NCBI GenBank assembly: GCA_963664825.1
Contig: OY761614.1
Location: 2,496,001-2,560,000, forward strand
From: an uncultured Holophaga sp.
Lineage (GTDB): Bacteria; Acidobacteriota; Holophagae; Holophagales; Holophagaceae
DNA length: 64,000 nt
Direction of reading: 5' to 3'
Below, piece by piece: positions 19,059-27,404 of the stretch. The first letter of the stretch is position 1, and each line of letters begins with the position of its first letter. Position numbers and translations under genes: made by a program. A model generated the notes under the pieces. That model had not been told where the DNA came from. It saw only the letters and a program-made list of their open reading frames with translations, and did not search any database.

Positions 19059-19925
19059 TCAATCCTTCAGTTGCCGGATGACCCACCTCGCCACCGGGAT
19101 GCTCAGTCCATTGCCCAGGAGCTTGTAGCGCTTCTCCAGTGAAAGGTCTTCCGGGAAACGGAAAGTCTCCGGCAGACCCAGGATCCGGGCCACTTCCGAG
19201 GGCGAGAAGCGCCGGATGCCGCTTCCCGTGACCAGGAACGAACCGCTGCCCACGAAGCGCGCGCCGTAGCCGCCGATGAAGCAGGCCGTGCGGTGATCCT
19301 CGGCCCGCACGAGATCGAGGCCGGGCTTGTGCCGGATGGTCTCGGTATCGAGGTAGAGGGAGGCATCCTCCACGCCATCCAGGAAGGGCGCGAGGGGCCT
19401 TGGCTCCTGCGAGGGCGGCCTGTGGCGGGAGAGCTTTGCTTTGGACGCGAGGACGAAGCTGCGCGGCCGCCGGTTGGGGATGCCGAATTGGGTGGGGCAG
19501 AGCCTGTATTCCTGGGTGTGAAAGCCGTGGCGCTGCAGCTTTGCCTTCAGCAGATCGTGGGCATCGGAGCCCAGGAAACCTTCGACGTTTTCCAGTGCGA
19601 GGCGCTCCGGGGGCGCCGCCTCGAAGATCTCCAGGAGTCTCAGGAAGGCCCTGGAACGCGGGTCCTGGAGCCCCTGGCGGTTTCCCATGCGGCAGAAGGG
19701 CTGGCAGGGCGGGCTCAGGATCCAGGTGTCGGCCCCGAAGGCCAGGAGGGCGTCTCCTGGCAGTGTGGCCAGTTCCCGGGCCTGGGGCCTGTCCCCGTGG
19801 TTCAAGGCATAGGTGGCATTGGCCGCTGGGCTGATATCGAAGGCGGCGACCACGCTGCCCGCCTCTCCCAGGGCATAGCGCCAGCCACCGAGGCCGCTGA
19901 AGAGTTCGAGGGCCTTGAGTGTCAC
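19059..19925 (-). CDS. Dnmt2-like cytosine-5 methyltransferase
   Basis: LELFSGLGG, LSPPCQPF, ENVEGF, GIPNRRPR, CFIGGYG, LLGNGL. Confidence 0.8.
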   Translation of the reverse strand: MTLKALELFSGLGGWRYALGEAGSVVAAFDISPAANATYALNHGDRPQARELATLPGDALLAFGADTWILSPPCQPFCRMGNRQGLQDPRSRAFLRLLEIFEAAPPERLALENVEGFLGSDAHDLLKAKLQRHGFHTQEYRLCPTQFGIPNRRPRSFVLASKAKLSRHRPPSQEPRPLAPFLDGVEDASLYLDTETIRHKPGLDLVRAEDHRTACFIGGYGARFVGSGSFLVTGSGIRRFSPSEVARILGLPETFRFPEDLSLEKRYKLLGNGLSIPVARWVIRQLKD

Positions 19926-19978
19926 GGCGTGGGTTCTCCCGCGGGCGACGAAGGCTTCCCGCTTCTGGAACGGTGGGA

Positions 19979-20956
19979 CTACAGAGCCAGGATCGGCACC
20001 AGATCGGTGAGGATCTGGGGCGGTGTGGGCTTGGTGTCGTGGACGTGGGCCAGGGGGATGGAAACCAGTTCTCCGGCCTGGGTGCCCAAGTAAAAGGCGC
20101 TCTCGCCTGCGGTGAGGCGCTTGACGGCTTCAGAGCCCCAGAGGCTGCCCCAGATGCGATCGATGGCGGTGGGACTGCCTCCGCGCTGGATATGGCCCAG
20201 GACGACCACGCGCAGATCCAGGCTGTAGTCCTTGCGAAGCCGCTCACCAATGGCGTAGGGATTGCCCAATTGATCGCCTTCGGCCATCACAACGATGCTG
20301 GAGCGCTTGCCCCGCTCCCAGCCCGCCTTGAGCTGGGTCACCAGGGTTTCGTAGGTGTCCTTTTCGGATTCGGGATAGAGCACGGCCTCGGCGCCGCAGG
20401 CGATGGCTGTGTGGACGGCGATCATGCCTGAACTCCGCCCCATGACTTCCACCAGGAAGATGCGCTCGTGGGAACTGGCCGTATCGCGGATCTTGTCGAT
20501 GGCTTCGATGGCGGTATTGAGGGCCGTGTCGAAGCCCAGGGTCCGTTCCGTGCCGGGCAGATCGTTGTCGATGGTGCCTGGGATCCCTGCGCAGGGGATT
20601 CCAAATTCCTCGCTGAGGAGATGGGCGCCGGTGAAGCTGCCGTCCCCGCCGATGACCACCAGGGCGTCGATGCCCGCCGACTTCATGTCCCGGGCGACCT
20701 GGGCCCGGACGGACTTGACCTTGAAGGCCTGACAGCGGGCCGTATTGAGGATGGTGCCTCCCCGCTGCAGGATATTCGAACAGTTGCGGCTGGTGAGGGG
20801 GCGCCAATCCTGGTCCACCAGACCCTGGAAGCCCCGGTAGATGCCGTAGACATCCACGCCGAGATCGAGGGATTGCCGGACCACGGCCCGGATCGCGGCG
20901 TTCATTCCGGGGGCATCCCCTCCGGAGGTCAAAACTCCAATGCGATTGGGCTTCAT
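19979..20956 (-). CDS. pfkA: ATP-dependent 6-phosphofructokinase
   Basis: LTSGGDAPGMNAA, IGGDGSF, PGTIDND, EVMGR, LGHIQRGG. Confidence 0.96.
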   Translation of the reverse strand: MKPNRIGVLTSGGDAPGMNAAIRAVVRQSLDLGVDVYGIYRGFQGLVDQDWRPLTSRNCSNILQRGGTILNTARCQAFKVKSVRAQVARDMKSAGIDALVVIGGDGSFTGAHLLSEEFGIPCAGIPGTIDNDLPGTERTLGFDTALNTAIEAIDKIRDTASSHERIFLVEVMGRSSGMIAVHTAIACGAEAVLYPESEKDTYETLVTQLKAGWERGKRSSIVVMAEGDQLGNPYAIGERLRKDYSLDLRVVVLGHIQRGGSPTAIDRIWGSLWGSEAVKRLTAGESAFYLGTQAGELVSIPLAHVHDTKPTPPQILTDLVPILAL

Positions 20957-20977
20957 GGTGACACCTTGCTTATCAGA

Positions 20978-20999
20978 ACGCCCCGCAAAGGCGGGGCGT
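20978..20999 (-). terminator. Hairpin downstream of tRNA-Asn (probable terminator)
   Basis: Perfect 9-bp stem ACGCCCCGC-aaag-GCGGGGCGT. Confidence 0.55.
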
Positions 21000-21007
21000 C
21001 TTTCTAG

Positions 21008-21082
21008 TGGCTCCGGAGGAGGGATTTGAACCCCCGACCCATCGGTTAACAGCCGATTGCTCTACCACTGAGCTACTCCGGA
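21008..21082 (-). tRNA. tRNA-Asn (GTT)
   Basis: TCCGGAG acceptor stem, AGCTCAGTGGTAGAGC D-arm, CTGTTAA anticodon loop, GGTTCAAATCC T-arm, encoded CCA. Confidence 0.97.
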
Positions 21083-21134
21083 AAGGAGGAATTCCTATTG
21101 TAGCGCGGAGCGGCCAGGGATCAAGCCCCGGGTT

Positions 21135-21719
21135 TCAGACCTTCTGCAGATCCATGAGGATCTGGCGGGCGCAGGCCTTGAGGGTGGCAATGACACCGGT
21201 GCCGATATTGGCGACGGCCTCGATCACGGGTTCGTTTCGGAAGCGGAGCAGGCGCTCCATCTCCTCTACGGGGGCGGCAGTGGGCATATCGCGCTTGTTG
21301 AGCTGGAGGACATACGGGATGCTGCGGATATCAAACCCGTTTTCCTTCAAGTTCGTGGCCAGGTTGGCGATGGATTCGATATTGGCCTCCATGCGCTGGT
21401 GCTGGCTATCGGCCACGAAGATCATGCCGTCGCAGCCCCGGAGGATCAGCTTGCGGCTGGCATCGTAGAAGACCTGGCCGGGCACCGTATAGAGGTGGAA
21501 GCGGACCTTGAAGCCCTTCACGGTGCCCATGTCCAGGGGCAGGAAGTCGAAGAAGAGGGTGCGATCGGTCTCGGTGGCCAGGCTCACCAGCTTGCCCCGC
21601 TTCTCGGGGTTGGCCTGTTCGAAGATCCATTGGATATTCGTCGTCTTCCCGCACAAGCCGGGGCCGTAGTAGACAATCTTGCAGTTGATCTCGCGAGAGG
21701 CGTAGTTGATGAACGTCAT
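21135..21719 (-). CDS. mglA: MglA-family small GTPase
   Basis: KIVYYGPGLCGKTTN, DRTLFFDFLPL, YTVPGQVFY, NKRD. Confidence 0.95.
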   Translation of the reverse strand: MTFINYASREINCKIVYYGPGLCGKTTNIQWIFEQANPEKRGKLVSLATETDRTLFFDFLPLDMGTVKGFKVRFHLYTVPGQVFYDASRKLILRGCDGMIFVADSQHQRMEANIESIANLATNLKENGFDIRSIPYVLQLNKRDMPTAAPVEEMERLLRFRNEPVIEAVANIGTGVIATLKACARQILMDLQKV

Positions 21720-21731
21720 GGCCGCTCCCGG

Positions 21732-22226
21732 TCAATCGCCGAAGAGCTTATCGATATCTTCATCGGTGATTTCCGAGAAGGGGCTCTCGAAATTGGATTC
21801 ACCCGCCACGTTCTGGGCCCGCTGTTCCACCTTTTCGAAGATCTCCTGGAGGTCCCGGCTGGCCTTCTTGACCCGCAGCCGCACCAGGGCCAGGCTGCTG
21901 TTCATATCGAAGATCACCACCAGGATCCCGCGCTTGCCCACGATGGAGATGTGCAGGTTGTCCTTTTCTCCCTCGTGGAAGAGCAGGGTGAATTCCTTTT
22001 CCCCGATGAGCTTGGCGAGGCCATCGGTGGCGGCCACATTGCCGGCGGTGAGGGAGGCGAGGCTGGTGGCATCAATGCTGCGCACATCGCCCGAAGCGGC
22101 GATCTGCTGGCCGTTCTTGTCCACAAGGAACACGACCTTGCTCGAGGAATCCACCTGCAGGCGAGAGATGATCTCCTGCAGCAGCTTGTATTCCTCCTCG
22201 AACATGACCAGATCGAGTTTGGCCAC
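21732..22226 (-). CDS. mglB: MglB roadblock-domain GAP
   Basis: LVDKNGQ, SLASLTAGNVAATDGLAKLIGE, ITDEDIDKLF; directly upstream of mglA. Confidence 0.93.
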   Translation of the reverse strand: MAKLDLVMFEEEYKLLQEIISRLQVDSSSKVVFLVDKNGQQIAASGDVRSIDATSLASLTAGNVAATDGLAKLIGEKEFTLLFHEGEKDNLHISIVGKRGILVVIFDMNSSLALVRLRVKKASRDLQEIFEKVEQRAQNVAGESNFESPFSEITDEDIDKLFGD

Positions 22227-22297
22227 ACGGACCTCCCAGTATTGCGTTCCAAGGAGCATACCGCACTTGACTCGGCATGGCTCCGGGCGGGTTGGCC

Positions 22298-23140
22298 TCA
22301 GTAGCCGCTGCTCTGTGCGTTGGTCTGCGCGCTTCCACCCTTGATGACGGTCAGGGAACTGGAAAGCCCCAGTCGCGTCGCGCCGGCCAGGACCATGCGG
22401 AGCGCGTCCTCGTAGTTGCGCACGGCACCGGAGGCCTTCACGCCTGCCCGGACACCCACTGTTTCTCGCATGATCCGGACATCGGCTTCGGTGGCCCCGC
22501 CGGTGGAGAAACCCGTGGAGGTCTTCACGAAATCCAAGCCTTCTTCGGCGGCGATGCGCGAAGCCTGGACCTTCTCTTCATCGTTCAGCAGGCAGTTTTC
22601 CAGGATGACTTTCAGGACGGCAGTAGGCACGGCCTCGCGCAGGGTGCGGTATTCCCGGCGGATGGATTCCCAGTCCCCGGCCTTGGCCAGCCCCACGGCC
22701 AGGACCATATCGACTTCGCGAGCGCCGTTGGCGACGGCTTCCCGGGCCTCTTCGACCTTGGTGCGAGTGGTGTTGGCTCCCAAGGGGAAGCCGATCACCG
22801 TGCAGACCCGCACGACGCTGCCCTCGAGACGCCGGGCGCAGCGCGTCACCCAGTAGGGGTTCACGCAGACCGAAGCGAACTCGTGCTTCAGCGCCTCGTC
22901 ACAGAGCTGATCGATCTCGGCGACCCAGGCGGCGGGCTTCAGGAGGGTGTGGTCGATGAGGGGCCCCAGATCCACATGGGCGGGCAGCTGTGCGGCGGGG
23001 ATTTCCTTCAGGCCCTCCCGGGTGCGGAGGAGGCAGAGGCCATCCCGGCAGCCCAGCAGCTGGGGACGCTCCTTGGGCGGGCGATTCCCCGAGAGGCGGG
23101 AGAGGACTTCGGCGGCGAGAGCGTGGAGTTGTGTTTGCAT
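22298..23140 (-). CDS. deoC: Deoxyribose-phosphate aldolase
   Basis: IDHTLLKP, VIGFPLG, KVILE, FVKTSTGF, VKASG. Confidence 0.95.
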   Translation of the reverse strand: MQTQLHALAAEVLSRLSGNRPPKERPQLLGCRDGLCLLRTREGLKEIPAAQLPAHVDLGPLIDHTLLKPAAWVAEIDQLCDEALKHEFASVCVNPYWVTRCARRLEGSVVRVCTVIGFPLGANTTRTKVEEAREAVANGAREVDMVLAVGLAKAGDWESIRREYRTLREAVPTAVLKVILENCLLNDEEKVQASRIAAEEGLDFVKTSTGFSTGGATEADVRIMRETVGVRAGVKASGAVRNYEDALRMVLAGATRLGLSSSLTVIKGGSAQTNAQSSGY

Positions 23141-23264
23141 GCTCTTATTATCGCTCGTATGAGCCCGGGCCTGCAAATCGACAACTCTCCCTGGAGTCCA
23201 GTCTTGGCTCGAGGCCTGCCCCATGCTAAGCTTGTCATTCCCTGTCCACAGGGAAGCCGTTCCT

Positions 23265-23354
23265 GGAGAGTTGTCCGAGTGGCTGAAGGAGCACGATTGG
23301 AAATCGTGTAACGGGGTGACCCGTTCAAGAGTTCGAATCTCTTACTCTCCGCCA
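23265..23354 (+). tRNA. tRNA-Ser (GGA); probable integration site of the downstream element
   Basis: GGAGAGT acceptor stem, TTGGAAA anticodon loop, long variable arm, GTTCGAATC, encoded CCA. Confidence 0.97.
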
Positions 23355-23364
23355 GACTTACGAA

Positions 23365-23396
23365 GAAAAAGCCCCCTCGAATCAGGGGGCTTTTTC
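23365..23396. terminator. Bidirectional intrinsic terminator after tRNA-Ser
   Basis: AAAAAGCCCCCT-cgaatc-AGGGGGCTTTTT. Confidence 0.85.
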
Positions 23397-23402
23397 CTGC
23401 AC

Positions 23403-23424
23403 GTCCTACAAGTGTCCTACAAGT
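23403..23424. repeat. Tandem 11-bp direct repeat, candidate integrase arm-type sites
   Basis: GTCCTACAAGT occurs twice, about 50 bp from the tRNA 3' end. Confidence 0.6.
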
Positions 23425-23469
23425 CAGCAAGGGGCTGCATTGAGCGCAGTCCCTCAGATATGTGTCCCC

Positions 23470-23736
23470 CTACCGATCCGAGTCTTGTGTCACTTCCTGC
23501 TTGCGAGCGGCTTCCAGGTTGGCAACCAGGGCCTTGATCTCCTCCACGGTCTTCCCGGCGATTCGGGCCGCGTTGATCGCCTGGACCTCATGCTCTGGCC
23601 AGCCAACGGAACGGCTCCCGATCAGGACAGGGTGCGTGAAGAGACCTTTGGCGATGTCCTCTTGGTGGGACGTTCGGGAACGCCCGCGCCGTCGCAACAC
23701 TTCGGGAAGACGCAGGATGATGTAATCGTCTGACAT
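23470..23736 (-). CDS. AlpA-family regulator / excisionase
   Basis: ILRLPEVLRRRGRSRTS...GLFTHPVLIGSRSVGWPEHEV; GGAGG RBS. Confidence 0.88.
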   Translation of the reverse strand: MSDDYIILRLPEVLRRRGRSRTSHQEDIAKGLFTHPVLIGSRSVGWPEHEVQAINAARIAGKTVEEIKALVANLEAARKQEVTQDSDR

Positions 23737-23874
23737 GATTTCTGCCTCCTTTGTTGTGGAATGGGCCTGTGTAGCCCATGCGCTACAAGCGAGAAGGTAA
23801 GGGGAAGCAGGCGCGGGGGGCAACTCCGTTCCGACCCACTCTGGAATCCAAGAGATGAGGCATCACCCAGCCAC

Positions 23875-23902
23875 AAAAAAAGCCCCTCAAGAAGAGGGGC
23901 CT
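23875..23902 (-). terminator. Intrinsic terminator
   Basis: AGGCCCCTC-ttctt-GAGGGGC followed by T7 on the minus strand. Confidence 0.85.
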
Positions 23903-23988
23903 AACTAGCACTGTGAAGGATTGCGTTCTCCGATCACAGTGGCCTCCCTGCGGAGGACTTAAGCCCGATGCCGAAGCAGAGCGGAGAC
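23875..23988 (-). ncRNA. Predicted ~114-nt structured small RNA downstream of the PemK-like toxin
   Basis: Lies between a sigma70-like promoter (23995-24023) and an intrinsic terminator (23875-23902); contains three hairpins, one with a cUUCGg tetraloop. Confidence 0.65.
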
Positions 23989-23994
23989 AATTCA

Positions 23995-24023
23995 ACTGTA
24001 GGTTCCTAACGCGCACCAGTCAA
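23995..24023 (-). promoter_or_regulatory. Sigma70-type promoter overlapping the toxin stop codon
   Basis: TTGACT-N17-TACAGT on the minus strand. Confidence 0.65.
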
Positions 24024-24428
24024 GGGTTGAACAAGGATTCCCATCGCGCATGCAACACAACTTCGAATGTTTGCAAGCTCTTCCTTTGAAAAAATAAACG
24101 TGTGGTAGGTCCGACTACCGGTGCGGTCCTTCGAACACGGCAGATCCATCCGATCATATGACAGGGTGTAGACCATGTCTCCCTTAAGCCAACAGGTTGG
24201 AGAGGCGAATCGAGGGAGTGGAGGGTCGATTGTCAGCAATCGGTGATAGGGCTTCACCTCATAGGGCACGGTTGTGCTGAGCGGAACAACCGTACACAAC
24301 TTAACCCCGTCCCTGCGCCTTGGTGAGATGACTACACACAGTCTCGGTTTCACCATCTCTGGCTCAACGAAACCTCGGAAATCGCAGATGACCACTGTTC
24401 CAGGCTTTGGATCAAATGGAAGTGACAT
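24006..24428 (-). CDS. PemK/MazF-family toxin (endoribonuclease fold)
   Basis: PGTVVICDFRGFVEPEMVKPRLCVVISP...CTVVPLSTT...WLKGDMVYTLSYDRM. Confidence 0.82.
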   Translation of the reverse strand: MSLPFDPKPGTVVICDFRGFVEPEMVKPRLCVVISPRRRDGVKLCTVVPLSTTVPYEVKPYHRLLTIDPPLPRFASPTCWLKGDMVYTLSYDRMDLPCSKDRTGSRTYHTFIFSKEELANIRSCVACAMGILVQPLTGAR

Positions 24429-24603
24429 CTGGAAAGTCTACAACTAATCGATCATCTACCCAACCCGCTTCCATGACAATCTCCACGTCTCCAGGGTGTT
24501 CCGTGCGGTTTGTGGATACCTGCTCACCCTCATAGAGCACGAAGAGCTTCCCGCCTTTGGGAAGACTTCTCCGAAGTTTCTTCAGTTGTTCCTTGATTCC
24601 CAT
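24412..24603 (-). CDS. Hypothetical 63-aa protein overlapping the toxin start
   Basis: GAGG RBS; 17-nt overlap with the toxin gene. Confidence 0.55.
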   Translation of the reverse strand: MGIKEQLKKLRRSLPKGGKLFVLYEGEQVSTNRTEHPGDVEIVMEAGWVDDRLVVDFPDVTSI

Positions 24604-24647
24604 GGATTCCTCTTTTCGTGGCTATCGATGCGCCCATCCAAGCTTCC

Positions 24648-25565
24648 CTATGCCCGGACAGGAGCACCTGGCTTGAACCCAGCTCCTGTCTGGCGGTTGG
24701 GAAGGTTGACGGTCATTTCGGGAAGGGCTTCCAGCATCGCCAGAACCTCATCTTCCTGGTCCTCGGCTTTCGTAGTGGAAGCCTGCTCTCGTTCGTCGGC
24801 GTTCAACTTGATCCGGGACATGCGGGCCTTGACCTTCTCTTCATGCTGCTGAAGCATCAGGCCCAGGGCGATTCGTGCCGTGGCATCGCGGTTTCCAGCC
24901 AGTTCGTTAGCGGCGATCTCACCAGTTCGGAGCGCGACATCCCCCCGGTAAAAGGCCTCCTCGGCTTCCACAAGCGGCCCGATAGGCAGCGAGTCCAGGA
25001 AGAACGGAAGTTTTTTCAGGACCAGTGAGGCACAGTAAACCCGGCCCCATTGGCGATTCAGCGCGGCCTCCGTGGCCCAAAGGTTAGCCACTCCGAGAGG
25101 CATCGCGGCAAGCTCGGCTCGGAGGTTCGCCCGTACCGTGGCCTCCTGGGATTCCCAAAGGGCGCGGCCCGAGGTCGTGGTGTCTGGGGGGGCGGGCAGC
25201 ACACTCTGTTTACTCAGCACATTGATAGGGGAGGTCCAGATAGGCCGGGTTTCCTGAAATTCGGCATAGCGCGTCTTGAGTTCAGCCAGCAGGGCAGGCA
25301 CACGGGTTCCCCTGCGGATCTGGGCGATCTGTTCGGCCTTCCACTGTCCAGAGCGGGAAGCATCGTTCTGGGCAGCGTCTACGGCCTTCTGTTCGGCCGC
25401 TCTGGCGGCTTCGATCTCACCAGTGAGATTTGCCAGGGCGGTGCTGGCAGCTTGCAGTCCACTAAGCTCTGTAATGACCATTGCGTTCTCCGTGCGGGGA
25501 AGTCCCGTATAACCAAGGTCGCCCATCCGAATGCCTGATGTTGCCAAGAACTGTCCAAACGTCAT
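24648..25565 (-). CDS. Hypothetical alpha-helical phage protein (305 aa)
   Basis: Long Ala/Glu-rich ORF with ATGA overlap to the upstream gene. Confidence 0.65.
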   Translation of the reverse strand: MTFGQFLATSGIRMGDLGYTGLPRTENAMVITELSGLQAASTALANLTGEIEAARAAEQKAVDAAQNDASRSGQWKAEQIAQIRRGTRVPALLAELKTRYAEFQETRPIWTSPINVLSKQSVLPAPPDTTTSGRALWESQEATVRANLRAELAAMPLGVANLWATEAALNRQWGRVYCASLVLKKLPFFLDSLPIGPLVEAEEAFYRGDVALRTGEIAANELAGNRDATARIALGLMLQQHEEKVKARMSRIKLNADEREQASTTKAEDQEDEVLAMLEALPEMTVNLPNRQTGAGFKPGAPVRA

Positions 25566-25861
25566 GCAGCGGTAGACACGCGGCGGCGCTTGAGTTCCCG
25601 AGAATAGAGCCGGTCAACCTTCCAACGTGGAATGTCCATGGCGCAAGCAATGGCAAGGGCAGACTCACCCTTGCATCGGCGCTCATAGACCACGCGGGCG
25701 AGTAAATCCGTCTCGATGCGATGGGGGAAGTTCACCCGCTGGCCAAGGAAGCGCCGTATCAGGGCAAGGTAAACCCTTTGGCCTAGGTCATCCCCAAGCA
25801 TCCCAACCAAGAGCGGCAAGGCGTCCTCAGCCCGTGGGGTGTCAGGATCGCGGGGCTTCAT
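25562..25861 (-). CDS. Mor/C-like transcription activator
   Basis: LIRRFLGQRVNFP followed by a C-terminal HTH (ALAIACAMDIPRWKVDRL). Confidence 0.6.
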   Translation of the reverse strand: MKPRDPDTPRAEDALPLLVGMLGDDLGQRVYLALIRRFLGQRVNFPHRIETDLLARVVYERRCKGESALAIACAMDIPRWKVDRLYSRELKRRRVSTAA

Positions 25862-25865
25862 GGTG

Positions 25866-27098
25866 TCAGATCCCCAGGATCTTGATGGTTCCGGCGAAGC
25901 ACGGATTCAGCGGGAACTCGGAATGGACTAGGTAGCCAAGGGCATCGGGCAAATGGTCCAGGCCTAGGCGCTTGTCCGGCTCCATCGTGTCCTCTCGATA
26001 GGTGAGCCCTTCCAGGCAGTGAATCAGCTTCTCGCAGCGCTTGGCGATGAAGAGGCGGTGCTGCTCTTTCGCATTCAGGAAGAGGGCGTTCACTTCATTG
26101 ATGCGATCCGAGACGCTGGGAGCCTTGGGCGGGGCAATGACGCGGAATCCAGCCTGCCGAAGGATGGCAAAGTCTGTCTGCCCAACGTCTGCCGAGGTCT
26201 TCCGGGCGTTCCCGCTGGGGTCGGGATACACGTTGATGGATCGGCCCGGATAGCGCTTCTTGAGTTCATCGGCCATGCGCTGGGTGTTCGAGTTCGAGAG
26301 GCTGATTTCGTCCAGGATGTGGAGCTGATCCCCGGCCTTCACTCCCACCACTGCCGATAGGGGCGTGATGTTGAAGTCCATGCCCACCAGGAGCGCCCCG
26401 CCCGTGTCTTTCAGGTCTTCTCGGATATGAATGGCCCGGTCGAAGTTCTGATAGACCAGGCCGGTCATGCTCTCAAAGCTGGCCTCGTATTCCTGTTTGA
26501 AGCTCCTGGGGTCCAGTTCGGCGCGGGCGGCTTCGATCTCTTCCGGGGGCACCCGTCCGCCCTGGAGCGTGGTGAACTGGAAGGCTTCCCAGCCGTCCAT
26601 GATGAAAGCCCGCGTCCAGAGGGTGTGGAAATGGTTGAAGCCCTTCGGCGTCCCGATGAACAAGGCCCATCCTTGCCGGTCACTGAGGGCGGGCCTCAGC
26701 ACCTCGAACCACGCATCGGGGCTCATGTCTGCGAATTCGTCCAGGACAAGGCCATCCAAGCCCACGCCACGCAAGGAATCGTAATTGTCGGCACCTCGCA
26801 GGGCGATGACGCTTCCGTTCCGCAGTTCGATGGATAGGTCTGTCTCGTTGATCTTCCCGGCGTTGTTCTTCGGGATGAGCCCCTTGAGGATTTTCCAGCC
26901 GATTTGAGCGGCTTGGCGGTAGGAGGGGGCCACGAACCAAACGACGCGGCCTGGAGCCTCCAGGGCGGTCTTGAGGGCCGTTGCAATGGCAAGGTGAGTC
27001 TTCCCGAATCTGCGACCGGCGCACACAACCCGGAACCGGGCGGGGGATCGGAAGACCTGGGCTTGGGCTTCGGATAATCGGATGGGGTCTGAATTCAT
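25866..27098 (-). CDS. Phage terminase large subunit
   Basis: CAGRRFGKT (Walker A), LRGVGLDGLVLDEFA (Walker B), FIGTPKG, GMDFN, YPDPSG, DHLPDALGY. Confidence 0.93.
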   Translation of the reverse strand: MNSDPIRLSEAQAQVFRSPARFRVVCAGRRFGKTHLAIATALKTALEAPGRVVWFVAPSYRQAAQIGWKILKGLIPKNNAGKINETDLSIELRNGSVIALRGADNYDSLRGVGLDGLVLDEFADMSPDAWFEVLRPALSDRQGWALFIGTPKGFNHFHTLWTRAFIMDGWEAFQFTTLQGGRVPPEEIEAARAELDPRSFKQEYEASFESMTGLVYQNFDRAIHIREDLKDTGGALLVGMDFNITPLSAVVGVKAGDQLHILDEISLSNSNTQRMADELKKRYPGRSINVYPDPSGNARKTSADVGQTDFAILRQAGFRVIAPPKAPSVSDRINEVNALFLNAKEQHRLFIAKRCEKLIHCLEGLTYREDTMEPDKRLGLDHLPDALGYLVHSEFPLNPCFAGTIKILGI

Positions 27099-27404
27099 CG
27101 TGTCCTCTTGACGGAAGTTGAGACAGGAGCGAACATTGGTTGAGAATCTGACGGCTTGTAAGTGCCCTGTTTGGATTCAATTGAGAATGATGAATAGCGG
27201 ATTTTCGATAACAATGATTACGTAACCCTGTTCATCATCGAAAACCCGCGTCAATGCTCACTTTCATCATTGGTTGAGATTGAGAATCAACGGATTCGTG
27301 TTATCTTCGTTGAGCCATTCCTAAAAACTGGCTGAAATCTGAGTGATTCGGACTCATGGGAAGTAAGCCAGAGGGAGGTTCATGGTTCCCCCTGGCTCAC
27401 TCAT

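Noticed and set aside
19059..19925. Restriction-modification system
   Set aside because: No cognate nuclease nearby, housekeeping context, and Dnmt2-type motifs.
21007..21468. 153-aa ORF beginning MAPEEGFEPPT
   Set aside because: Antisense translation of tRNA-Asn and mglA.
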